DNA from: Alphaproteobacteria bacterium
GTDB taxonomy: Bacteria; Pseudomonadota; Alphaproteobacteria; UBA828
Reading direction: 5' to 3'
Length of the DNA stretch: 64,000 nucleotides
Assembly (NCBI GenBank): GCA_963422645.2
Contig: CAXXVO010000008.1
Location: 352,001-416,000 of the forward strand
Position 1 is the stretch's first letter; each line of letters opens with the position of its first letter. The notes under the pieces are model-generated. The model made no database searches. It was not told where the DNA came from and saw only the letters and a list, made by a program, of their open reading frames with translations. Made by a program: the position numbers and the translations under genes. Shown here piece after piece: positions 40,019 through 49,466 of this stretch.

Positions 40019-41722
40019 TTGACCATCAGCCCTCTTCTCCGCGCGCCGGCAGTGACGACCCGGCTTCTCCTCCGCACGCTTGCCATCGCCGCCTGCCTCG
40101 CGCTCGCCGCGCCGGCCTGGGGCGCGGCGGACGAGGAGCCCGTGCCGTTGCCGCCCACCGCCCCCACCGCCGAGGCGCCTGCCGCGGCCGGCGAGGCCGG
40201 CGAGGCCGAGGCGAAGGCGCTGATCGATGCCGGCCGCTTCGCCGACGCGCTGGCCATTCTGCGGCCGCTGCTCGGCGAGGAGGCGGTCGAGGCCAACGCG
40301 CTCTTCCTCTACGGCCTTGCGGCGGTCGGTGCCTCGCGGCATCCCGACGTTGACGAGGACACCCGCGAGGCGCTGCTGAACGAGGCCATCGGCGCCTTCC
40401 ACGCCATGCTGGTCGAGGCGCCGGGGCTGGTGCGGGTGCGGCTGGAACTGGCGCGGGCGTTCTATCTCAAAGGCGAGGACGACCTCGCGCGGCGCCATTT
40501 CGAGGCGGTGCTGGCCGGCGGCGTGCCGCAGCAGGTGGCCGCCAATGTCCGCGACTTCCTCACCGCGATGCGGGCCCGCGATCGCTGGAGCTTCAGCGTC
40601 GGCGCGGCGCTGGCGCCGGACACCAACATCGGCGCGGCTTCCGAAGAGCGCACCATCTATATCCATGTCTTCGGCGAGCCCCTGCCCTTCGAGCGGAATG
40701 CGGACGAGCTGACGACCTCGGGCATCGGCGTCTCGGTCTGGGGCGGCGCGGAGTACCAGGTGCCGCTGGCGGAGCGCTGGCGGCTGCGCGCAGGCGGCGA
40801 GGCGGCGCGGCGGGAGTACTCGGGCTCGAAGTACGATCAGCTCTTCCTCGCCACCCACCTCGGCCCGCGCTGGCTGGTGGACCGCGACACGGCGGCGAGC
40901 CTGCTGGCGAGCGCGCGGCAGCGCTGGGTCGGCACGGTGCCGGACAACCGCGCGTTCGGCGCGCGGCTCGAGGTGGGGCGCCGGCTGAGCCCGCGAGTCA
41001 CGGTCTCGGGTCGTGCCTCCTGGCACGACCGGCGCTACCGGACGGAGAGTTTTCGGGACGGCCCCATCATGGATGCGTCGCTCAGGGGCTCCTGGGTGGT
41101 GACGCCGACAGTGCGGGCGGAGCTTTCCGCCGGCTACGCGCAGGAGCGGCCCGAGAGCGTGGCCTATCGCAACAGCAGCCGGTGGCTGGGCGCGGGGGTC
41201 TCGGTGATCCTGCCGCTGGGCTTCACCGTGGGTGGCGGTGCCGAGATGCGCTGGACCGACTTCGAGGACGAATGGCCCCCGTACACGCCGCCCGGCGAGG
41301 ACCGGGCGGACCGGACGCGGAGCCTGCGGCTCTCGGTCCACAACCGGGCGCTCACGCTGTTCGCCCTGAAGCTGGTCGCCGGCATCGCCGGCGCGGTGAC
41401 GCTGATGTCCATGCTGTCGTGCGCGGTGGACCGCATCGGCTCCCGCGCGGCGGCCGAGGCGGAGCTCGCGATGACCCGCGCGGCGGCGGCCGAGGAGCGG
41501 CGCGTCGCCGGGATTGCCGACCGGGCGAGGATCGAGGCCGAGGCCGCGCACCGCGATGCGCTCGTGCAACGGGAGCGCGACAGGACGGCGTCCGGGGCGG
41601 CGCTTGCGGCTGTCCGCGCCGCCGTCGATATCCCGCGCGCGCCCGGCGAGTGCCCGGCGCGCTGCCGCCTGCCCGAGGCGCTGATCGAGGCTCTGGAGAC
41701 GCAGGCGGAGACGGATCGATGA
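40019..41722 (+). pseudogene. Slam-like protein 2, C-terminal strands replaced in frame by a phage i-spanin-like fragment (junction ~41363)
   Basis: Collinear with Slam 1 (RLELARAF, LAPDTNIGA, TSGIGV, GPRWL) up to HNRALTLF, followed by an unrelated TM + coiled coil + CPARC segment. Start uncertain (40019 or 40052). Confidence 0.8.
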
Positions 41723-42081
41723 GGCGCATCGTGTGCGCGTGCGCGTGGACGCGCCGCATCGTGCGCCCGCGCGCGTGGACGCGCGACGCCGGGGCCATGC
41801 TCATCGCCTATATCGGGCTCGCACTCGCCGGCTGCGGCTGGACCGGCGATCCCGGCCCGCCGCCCGCGCCGGTGTCCGTGACGCGCATCGTGCCCTGCCC
41901 GGAGCCTGTGCCGCCTCCCATCTGCACAGGCCCGCCGGAAGCGGCGGCCGGGACCCTCGAGGCACTGGTCGAGAGCGCGATAGCGACCCGGGCCTGGGGC
42001 AAGGGCTGCCGCACGGAAGCGCAGGCGTGGCGCGAGGGCGCCGCCGCCTGCCGCGCGGCGCTCGCCGGGGGCGCGCCATGA
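41719..42081 (+). CDS. Proline-rich lipoprotein, Rz1/o-spanin-like
   Basis: Lipobox LAGC, Pro-rich segment with Cys residues, C-terminal helix; ATGA overlap with the upstream gene; a 30-bp tandem duplication near the start. Confidence 0.55.
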   Translation: MRRIVCACAWTRRIVRPRAWTRDAGAMLIAYIGLALAGCGWTGDPGPPPAPVSVTRIVPCPEPVPPPICTGPPEAAAGTLEALVESAIATRAWGKGCRTEAQAWREGAAACRAALAGGAP

Positions 42082-42265
42082 CGGGACCGGAATCGAGAGG
42101 AACCCGGGAGGCCGCCGTCGAGGCGGACGCGGGCGATGTATGAGCTGATCAGACCTCGGGCGCGACACCCAGCGAAAAACCGCCTGAAACAACCGAAATG
42201 TATCAGAATTCAAGGAGTTCCCGGCACGCTGCCCAGAACAGCCAGCATCACGAGGTCAGGAAGTC

Positions 42266-43890
42266 TGAGCTTACGCGCACTTGACGGTGGCGATGAGCCG
42301 ATCCGATGGGCTGGTCAGGGCTTCGATGATATTCCAGCCCTGCTTTCTGGCGGTGGTGATGACGCTGCGCAGGATGGCGAAGTTCTCGGCCCCCTGCGCG
42401 GACCGGAAGCCCCCGGAGATCTTCTGGCGCAGCTTCATCATCCGAAGGTCGCGCTCGGCCTCGTTGTTCGTGAACCCGACCTCGAGGTCGATCAGGAACC
42501 GGAGCACCGCGCATTTGTGGTCGCGCAGCCTCAAGGCCAGATTGTGACCGATCCTTCGCTTCCGGCGCTTCTTCCTCTTGCCAGGCGAGAACGGTGGTTG
42601 GCTCTCGTGAAAGGCCAGCGCATCGGCGATGATCTCGTCGTATCGGCGCTCGATCAGCGCCACAAGCCTCGCCGGAACGGCGATATCCTTGTCCAGCGCG
42701 ATGCGGGCGGCGCGATTGGCTCGGCGCAGGAGCTGCTGCATCCGCCGGGCCCAAGCCTCCCCTTCGATGTCCACCAGCGCCTGCAACTCCCGCAGGTGAT
42801 GGGCGTTGCACAGGCCGTGCTCCACCCCTTCCATCGCGAAGTACGGCTTCCAGTGATCGTGCACGACGATGCCGGAGACACCCGAGAGCAGGGCGCCGCG
42901 CTTGCCGCTGACCCGGTACGCCGCCAGCAGCGGCGTGCAGATCACATGAAGCCACTGCGTCTGACCGCCGATCCGCAAGCCGGTCTCGTCCATGTGTTTC
43001 ACCCGCGCCGTGCCCGCCGCCAGGTCCTGTATGTGCAAGGCCGCGTCCCGCAGCCGCTCGGCCGCCCTCTCGCTCATCGTCGCCAACGTCGCAGCCGTCA
43101 CCGGCGCGCCGAAGAGCTCGGCCATCACCTGCGACAGCCGATCCTCCGGCAGGAAGTGAGCGTGCTGAAGGTAGACCGCCACCCCGGCAATGCGCGGGCC
43201 GTACTGCACCGGCGCCGACACCCCGTCGGGGAACGCCGCCCGGGTCACCGTCCCGCAATGCCCGCAGCACTTGGCATGCGCCCGGTGCTCGGTCACCTCC
43301 AGGGGGCTCGGCTCGGGCAGATCGAACACCTGGCGGGCGACGGGCGTTCCCGCCCTGGCCGCGTCCGAAAGCGGCGAACCGCATCCCTTGCAGGAAGCCG
43401 GGACGTGATCCTTCACCCGATCCGGGTGATCGGCGCGGCGCAGCGTCTTGCCCTTGTGGCCGGGCTGGCCACCGGGCTTGCGGCCCGATTTGCCGCGCAG
43501 GCTTCGGGTTCGCCGCTTCGAATTCGGCTTCCTCAGCCCATCGCTCGAAGGCGGCTTGCCGCTGTTGCCGCTGTTGAGGCCGAGACGGCGCTCCAACTCC
43601 TCGATGCGCTCGACGAGACGCGCGACTTGCTCTTCCAGCCGCGCGTTCTGCTGCCGAAGCCAGGCATTTTCCTCCCGAAGCCGGGCGTTCTCCTCCTCCA
43701 GGCGGGCGATCTTCTGCGCGGGCGTTTCGGGCGCTGCTCCCGTCGAAGGGCCGCGCGGCGACTCGGGATTGCTCATGTCGTTGTTGAGTCATTTCCCGAA
43801 ATTCCCGTCAAGCCCTTTCCACCAACTCCGAACGAGAAACGCCTCAATCCACTGGCCCAAAATGACAAATCAGACGACCTGGGCAGTTAC
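42266..43890 (-). mobile_element. IS-A copy 5, right end missing
   Basis: IRL at 43890; identity to IS-A stops 5 bp after the transposase stop codon. Confidence 0.92.
42271..43776 (-). CDS. IS66 transposase (intact, 501 aa)
   Basis: Leucine zipper, NSGKPPSSD, zinc finger, HMDETG, VHDHW, FTNNEAERDLR. Confidence 0.95.
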   Translation of the reverse strand: MSNPESPRGPSTGAAPETPAQKIARLEEENARLREENAWLRQQNARLEEQVARLVERIEELERRLGLNSGNSGKPPSSDGLRKPNSKRRTRSLRGKSGRKPGGQPGHKGKTLRRADHPDRVKDHVPASCKGCGSPLSDAARAGTPVARQVFDLPEPSPLEVTEHRAHAKCCGHCGTVTRAAFPDGVSAPVQYGPRIAGVAVYLQHAHFLPEDRLSQVMAELFGAPVTAATLATMSERAAERLRDAALHIQDLAAGTARVKHMDETGLRIGGQTQWLHVICTPLLAAYRVSGKRGALLSGVSGIVVHDHWKPYFAMEGVEHGLCNAHHLRELQALVDIEGEAWARRMQQLLRRANRAARIALDKDIAVPARLVALIERRYDEIIADALAFHESQPPFSPGKRKKRRKRRIGHNLALRLRDHKCAVLRFLIDLEVGFTNNEAERDLRMMKLRQKISGGFRSAQGAENFAILRSVITTARKQGWNIIEALTSPSDRLIATVKCA

Positions 43891-44371
43891 CCTTACTGTT
43901 TGCTGGAATCCGTCATGAGGTTGATTTTGCTTATGTAGATAGTGTACATGCATGTTTAATATATCGTAATTGATATGTCAAGTCGCCTCTCGGCATTTCA
44001 ATCGGTGAGAGACGCATGTTTTCAAGGGGATAGCGGGGAGGGAGAGTTCCTCTCTGCAGTGGGCGGATGGGAGAGGGAGTTAGGGCTTGGCGTTATCCGT
44101 CAGCACGAGGGCTGAGAACCGACTGCCCGCCGTCTGCGCCACGGCTGGGCCGTCCAGGCTGACCGCAAGCACGCGAGGCTCGCCGGTTCATCACATCCTG
44201 TCGACGGGCGCCGCGCCGCGCTGCAGGGGAAGCGTTCCAGGCGGCGCTCGCGCAGGCCCCGCCGTCTTATGTCCAGGACGAGGACAAGAGTTGGACATGG
44301 CCGGTTGAAGCGGCTAATCTCCCGGCCCGTCGGCTTCCGACGATCCGTTTGAATCCACGCCCGCGGGCGCA

Positions 44372-44935
44372 ATGAACACCTACGAGCTGAACAAGATCTT
44401 CGGCGCGGTCCTCTTCGCGGGCCTGACCGCGATGACCGCGTGGCTCATCTCGCTCGCGGCCTTCGGCAATCTGGAGCATGGCCACCACGAGCGGGTGATC
44501 CACTACCAGGTCGCCGGCCTGGAGCAGGATGACGCCATGCACGAAGAGGCGGCCGAAGAGCCCGCGATGCCCGCGATGTCCACGGCGGAGCTGCTGGCCG
44601 ATGCCGACCCTGCCAAGGGCCAGAAGACGTTCAAGAAATGCGCCGCCTGCCACACCGTCGACGACGGCGGCAAGAACAAGGTCGGCCCCAATCTCTGGAA
44701 CATCGTCAACCGGCCGATCGCGAGCCACGAAGGCTTCAGCTACTCCGACGCCATGGCGGAGTTGGAGGGCGCTTGGGACTTCGAGCGCCTGAGCGCATTC
44801 ATCGCCGCCCCCAAGGGCAACGTGCCGGGCACGAAGATGGCCTTCAAGGGGGTCTCCAAGGAGGGCGATCGCGGCAATGTGCTCGCCTATCTCCGATCGC
44901 TCAGCGCCGAACCGGCAGAGCTGCCGACCGAATAA
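44372..44935 (+). CDS. Membrane-anchored cytochrome c (CycM/cy-like)
   Basis: [12 protein letters not shown] + TM helix, heme motif CAACH, VGPNLW, PGTKMAF. Confidence 0.95.
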   Translation: MNTYELNKIFGAVLFAGLTAMTAWLISLAAFGNLEHGHHERVIHYQVAGLEQDDAMHEEAAEEPAMPAMSTAELLADADPAKGQKTFKKCAACHTVDDGGKNKVGPNLWNIVNRPIASHEGFSYSDAMAELEGAWDFERLSAFIAAPKGNVPGTKMAFKGVSKEGDRGNVLAYLRSLSAEPAELPTE

Positions 44936-44972
44936 GCTGCACTGCGCGGCCCCCTGCCCCGCAGCCGACCCT

Positions 44973-45755
44973 TCACGCGGTCTGAATCAGGCGGTAGCGG
45001 TCCGCCTCCAGCACGAGGCAGGTCAGCACGTTCGTCGTGAACGCGCCCGTGTCGATGCCGATGCGGTTGGGGCAGACTTGCGCCTCGTTCGCGATCGTGT
45101 GGCCGTGCACCACGACACGGCCGTGCTCCGAGGTCGAGAGCAGGAAGGCGTCGCGAATCCAGTAGAAGTCATCGGTCGATTGCTCGCCGAGCGGAATGCC
45201 CGGTCGGATGCCGGCATGGACGAAGAGATAGCCGCCGATCTCGCGATAGGGTTCGAGGCCGCGCAGAAAGGCGCGGTGCGCCGCGGGCAGTGCCGCCGCG
45301 AGGTCCGCCTGCAGCACGCGCAGCCGCATCGGGTCGTCCTCGCCAAGCGCCGCGCGCACGCCGTAGCTCGCGAGCGTCTGCACCCCGCCGCAGTAGAGCC
45401 AGCTCGGCCCGACCGCGATATCGCCGCCCAGAAAGTCCTCGAACCATTGCTCGTGGTTGCCGCGCAGATGCACGCGCTCGAAATCGGGCAACGGCCGCTG
45501 GCAGAGCCAGTCGATCACGCCGAACGAGTCCGGGCCCCGGTCCACGTAGTCGCCGACGAACACGATGGTCGGGCGCGCGGGCGGCAGCAGGCGCTGCTCC
45601 TCCTCGACCGCCGCGGCCAGCAACTGCAGCAGGTCGAGCCGGCCATGGATGTCGCCGATGGCGTAGATGCGCGCGCCCTCGGGCACCCGCGCCGGCGCAG
45701 CGGACCATTCCGAGCGCCGGATGGCCGGCTCCCGCTGCCTCATGAAGAGGCGCAT
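44973..45755 (-). CDS. Metallophosphoesterase (PPP-like Ser/Thr phosphatase)
   Basis: GDIHG, GDYVDRG, GNHE, HAG, HGHT, IDTGA. Confidence 0.93.
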   Translation of the reverse strand: MRLFMRQREPAIRRSEWSAAPARVPEGARIYAIGDIHGRLDLLQLLAAAVEEEQRLLPPARPTIVFVGDYVDRGPDSFGVIDWLCQRPLPDFERVHLRGNHEQWFEDFLGGDIAVGPSWLYCGGVQTLASYGVRAALGEDDPMRLRVLQADLAAALPAAHRAFLRGLEPYREIGGYLFVHAGIRPGIPLGEQSTDDFYWIRDAFLLSTSEHGRVVVHGHTIANEAQVCPNRIGIDTGAFTTNVLTCLVLEADRYRLIQTA

Positions 45756-45789
45756 GGGTCCTCCGCTCCAATGCGTGCCATGACAACGC

Positions 45790-46356
45790 TCATTGCGCCT
45801 CGAGCCATCCCCGCTCCCGATAGTAGCGCGCGGCGCCTACGTGAAGAGGTGCCGAGAGGCCCTGCAGCATTGCGGCGGCATCGAGGCCGCGTAGCGCCGG
45901 GTGGGTCTCCCTCAGCGCATCGAGAGTCTCGAAGACGGCCGTCGTCAAATCGTAGACGAGAGCCTCGGCGACGTCGGCGCTGGAGACCATCTCCGCCCTC
46001 TCCGGTCCAAGGCTGAAGACGCTCCGCAGCCTCGCCGCCGGGCTGCCCTCCCAGGCGCCTGATCCGCTGACGGCCTCTCGCGCCGGGTCGGATTGTGCCA
46101 GGCCGAACTCCATCAGGCCGATTTCGACCGCCCGGATGTTGAAGGCGGAGCCCGGCGCCGAGCGGGCGATGCAGCCGTATTCATCGCCGGCACGCTCCTC
46201 CACCGATATACAGATTTGGCGCGCCGCCTGCATGTGAACGCTGCCCTCCACGCCGCCGCCGATCAGGACGATCTGCGTCGCCTTGGCGCATGACGGCGTG
46301 CTCGCCAGCAGCACCGCCGCAGTCGCCGCACCGAGCATCGCACGGCGCGTCAGCAC
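45790..46356 (-). CDS. Shortened TAXI-family TRAP solute receptor-like protein
   Basis: GSAFNI..V..G..EFGLAQSD, LRSVFSL and C-terminal PLHVGAARYYRERG; only 188 aa. Confidence 0.7.
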   Translation of the reverse strand: MLTRRAMLGAATAAVLLASTPSCAKATQIVLIGGGVEGSVHMQAARQICISVEERAGDEYGCIARSAPGSAFNIRAVEIGLMEFGLAQSDPAREAVSGSGAWEGSPAARLRSVFSLGPERAEMVSSADVAEALVYDLTTAVFETLDALRETHPALRGLDAAAMLQGLSAPLHVGAARYYRERGWLEAQ

Positions 46357-46398
46357 CCTCCCCTCCCCGCCCCTGCGCCCTCGGCGCTCTCGCGCGGC

Positions 46399-46974
46399 CT
46401 ACTTGATGAGGCGAGAGACAGCCTTGAACTCCGCCGTGCCGGCGGCCTCCAGCCACTCGAAGAGCGCCATCTCGGTGGTCACCCGCGAGATCCCCAGCGC
46501 CCCGAAGCGCGCCAGCGCGGCATCCTTGCTGGCAGGCGCGCGCGAGCCGCAGGCGTCGACGACGATGTGAAGGGTATGGCCCTGCGCGTCGAGATCGGCG
46601 GCTGTCTGCATGACGCAGACATGGCTCTCCACGCCGCAGACCACGATGTGATCGCGCCCCCCGGCCTTGAAAGCGTCGATCCGCGAGGCGAAGTCGTGAT
46701 TGCGCGCGGCGCTGAAGGTCATCTTCTCGACCACCGCCGCGTCATTGGGGAGCCGGCTGGCGATGGCGTCGACAGTGTGGCCGAGACCCTTGGGGTATTG
46801 CTCGGTGACCGCCACCGGCACCTCTAGGTGCCGCGCCGCCTCGATCAGGATGCCGGCCGCGTGGGTCACCGCGTCGCCCTCTGCGATCGCGGGCATCAGC
46901 CGCTCCTGCATGTCGATGACGACCAGGGCCGAACGATCCCGCCGCAGCAGGGCAGGGCTGAATTGTCGTGCCAT
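46399..46974 (-). CDS. Isochorismatase-family hydrolase
   Basis: LVVIDMQERL, TEQYPKGLG, KMTFS, GVESHVCVMQT, EMALFEW. Confidence 0.92.
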   Translation of the reverse strand: MARQFSPALLRRDRSALVVIDMQERLMPAIAEGDAVTHAAGILIEAARHLEVPVAVTEQYPKGLGHTVDAIASRLPNDAAVVEKMTFSAARNHDFASRIDAFKAGGRDHIVVCGVESHVCVMQTAADLDAQGHTLHIVVDACGSRAPASKDAALARFGALGISRVTTEMALFEWLEAAGTAEFKAVSRLIK

Positions 46975-47115
46975 GTCGAACCGTCCCGTCGCTTTATCGA
47001 CGCCCGGCACGGTGGCCCAAGCGAACGCCGGTCGCAACCCCGCGCGCTTTGTGGGGTGCTGGCGTGTCGCCCGTTCGCGGTGATAGGGTCCGCGCACCGG
47101 TGAGGAACGAAGACG

Positions 47116-48282
47116 ATGCCGAAGAAGCACGGGATAGCAGCGCGAAGCAGAGGCGCCGGCTGGGTGTTGCTCGCGATCCTGACGCTTCTCTTCGGTGCGG
47201 CTGGCCAGCTCGCGGCGGCCGAGCGGCTGGGCACGTACGCGACAGACAAGCAACGCTTCCATCTGGTCAAGGTGACGGAGGGGCTCGAGCACCCCTGGGG
47301 CCTCGCCTTCCTGCCCGACGGGCGGATGCTGGTGACCGAGCGCCCTGGCAGGCTCCGCATCGTTGCCGACGGCTGGCTCGTGCCGGAGCCGGTCGCTGGC
47401 GTGCCCGAGGTGTGGGACGACGGCCAGGGCGGGCTGCTCGACGTGGCCTTGCATCCTGGGTTCGCCGAGAACGGCCTGGTCTATCTCTCCTACTCAAGCC
47501 CGGACGACGACGATGACGCCGCCACCGCGGTCGCCCGCGGCCGGCTCGTCGGCGGCCGCCTGAAAGATGTGGAGGAGATCTACGTCGCCCTGCCGCGCGA
47601 TGACAACGGCCGCCACTTCGGCTCGCGCCTGGTCTTCGCCGACGGTTACCTTTTCGTCACCGCCGGCGATCGGGGCGATTCCGACCGCGCCCAGGAGCTG
47701 GACGACCCGGCGGGCAGCATTGTCCGCCTGCACGACGACGGGCGCGTGCCTGAGGACAACCCCTTCGTCGGGACCGCCGGCGCGCGGCCCGAGCTCTACT
47801 CCGTCGGCCACCGCAATCCCCAGGGCATGACTCTGGAGACGGCAACAGGGCGGATCTACGCCATCGAGCACGGGCCCAAGGGCGGCGACGAGCTGAACCT
47901 GATCGAGCCGGGGGTGAACTACGGCTGGCCGGTGATCACCCACGGCAAGAGCTACATGGGCCTCAAGATCGGCGAAGGCACCCGCAAGGAGGGCATGGCC
48001 CAGCCGGTGCATTACTGGGTGCCGTCCATCTCGCCGTCGGGGCTCATGATCTACGATGCAGACCGCTTCCCCGCTTGGCAGGGGAGCTTCTTCGCCGGCG
48101 CGCTCTCGGGCGAGCTCCTGGTGCGCCTGGAAGTCGCGCGCGGCAAGGTCGTGGTCGAGGAGCGCATGCTCGAGGACCTTGAAGAGCGCTTCCGCGACGT
48201 GCGCCAGGGGCCGGACGGCCTCATCTACCTGCTCACCGACCACCCGGAGGGGATGCTGCTCAGGCTGGAGCCGGCGGACTAG
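47116..48282 (+). CDS. PQQ-dependent sugar dehydrogenase (YliI/GdhB-like)
   Basis: LEHPWGLAFLPDG, GQGGLLDV, HFGSRL, GHRNPQG, EHGPKGGDELN, NYGWP. Confidence 0.93.
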   Translation: MPKKHGIAARSRGAGWVLLAILTLLFGAAGQLAAAERLGTYATDKQRFHLVKVTEGLEHPWGLAFLPDGRMLVTERPGRLRIVADGWLVPEPVAGVPEVWDDGQGGLLDVALHPGFAENGLVYLSYSSPDDDDDAATAVARGRLVGGRLKDVEEIYVALPRDDNGRHFGSRLVFADGYLFVTAGDRGDSDRAQELDDPAGSIVRLHDDGRVPEDNPFVGTAGARPELYSVGHRNPQGMTLETATGRIYAIEHGPKGGDELNLIEPGVNYGWPVITHGKSYMGLKIGEGTRKEGMAQPVHYWVPSISPSGLMIYDADRFPAWQGSFFAGALSGELLVRLEVARGKVVVEERMLEDLEERFRDVRQGPDGLIYLLTDHPEGMLLRLEPAD

Positions 48283-48290
48283 GCCCCAGG

Positions 48291-49466
48291 ATGTCTCAAC
48301 CCATGAAGATCACCGCAGTCAGGCCGGTCTCGATCGGCCAGTTCCTCTTCGTACGTGTCGAGACCGACGCCGGCATCGCCGGGCTCGGGGAATCGGGCAC
48401 CTGGGGGCATCTCGTGGCCTCGCGCGCCGCCATCGAAACCTTCGCCGAGCATCTGGTGGGCGAGGACCCGGGGCCGATCGAGCGCCACTGGAACCTGATG
48501 CACCGCTTCAGCCACTTCCAGGGTGCGGCCATTAACGGCGCTATCGCGGCGATCGACATCGCGCTCTGGGACATCAAGGGCAAGGCGCTGGGCGTGCCCG
48601 TCCACTTCCTTCTCGGCGGGCCGTGCCGAACCCATGCCAGGGTTTACGGTCACGCCTACGGCAAGACCACCGACGAGCTGGTGGAGAACTGCGTCGCCCT
48701 CAAGGAGGCGGGCTTCAACGCGGTGGGCCATATCAATCCCTTCCTCGACGAGCGCGAGGACGAGCCCTTCTTCGCGTCCCACGTGGCCCACATGAGCCGC
48801 GCGGTCGAGACCGTGCGCCGGGTGCGCGAGGCGCTCGGCGGCGAGGTCGACATGCTGCTGGAGTTGCACCGGCGGCTCACGCCGGCCGAGGCGATCGATT
48901 TCATCCCGCGCATCGAGCCCTATCTTCCCTACTGGTGCGAGGACCCGATCCGGCCGGAGAACCCCGACGCCATGGCCGAGGTCGCGCGCCGCGTGCATGC
49001 GCCCATTGCAACCGGAGAGCGCTACGCCTCGCTCCACGATTTCCGCGCCCTCTTCGCACGAGACGGCGCGGGCTTCGCGCGGGTCGATGTCGCGCTCTGC
49101 GGCGGCATCACCGGCGCGCGCAAGGTGGCTGCGATGGCCGAGGCCCATCATGTGCTGGTGGCGCCCCACAACCCGCTCTCGCCCCTTGGCCTCGCCGCCT
49201 GCCTCCATCTCGCCGCGGCGATCCCCAACTTCGCGATCCAGGAATACACGACCGGTTTCGAGGCGCTGAAGATGGAGACCAGCCTGAAACTTCTCGGGTC
49301 GGACGTGGTCATTGGCGTGCCGCCGATGGAGGACGGCTTCGTCGCCATTCCGAACGAGCCCGGCCTCGGCGTGTCGATCGCGCCCGGCGCGGCGGAGGGC
49401 CGCCCGCCGATCCAACGCCCGGTCACCATGCGTCCGCACCGCGACGGCTTTGTCGTCGACCAATAG
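48291..49466 (+). CDS. Galactonate dehydratase-like enolase-superfamily enzyme
   Basis: IDIALWDIKGK, ELHRRL, EDP, IATGER, APHNP, IQEY. Confidence 0.88.
   Translation: MSQPMKITAVRPVSIGQFLFVRVETDAGIAGLGESGTWGHLVASRAAIETFAEHLVGEDPGPIERHWNLMHRFSHFQGAAINGAIAAIDIALWDIKGKALGVPVHFLLGGPCRTHARVYGHAYGKTTDELVENCVALKEAGFNAVGHINPFLDEREDEPFFASHVAHMSRAVETVRRVREALGGEVDMLLELHRRLTPAEAIDFIPRIEPYLPYWCEDPIRPENPDAMAEVARRVHAPIATGERYASLHDFRALFARDGAGFARVDVALCGGITGARKVAAMAEAHHVLVAPHNPLSPLGLAACLHLAAAIPNFAIQEYTTGFEALKMETSLKLLGSDVVIGVPPMEDGFVAIPNEPGLGVSIAPGAAEGRPPIQRPVTMRPHRDGFVVDQ

Noticed and set aside
42138-42265. Lower-GC segment resembling the end of another IS that truncated IS-A5
   Set aside because: No convincing TIR pair or TSD; family cannot be assigned.
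44060-44078. Reverse complement TCCCTCTCCCATCCGCCCA resembling a tRNA-Ser 3' att remnant at the island edge
   Set aside because: Needs two indels and has no matching copy in the window; a genome BLAST against tRNA-Ser would settle it.
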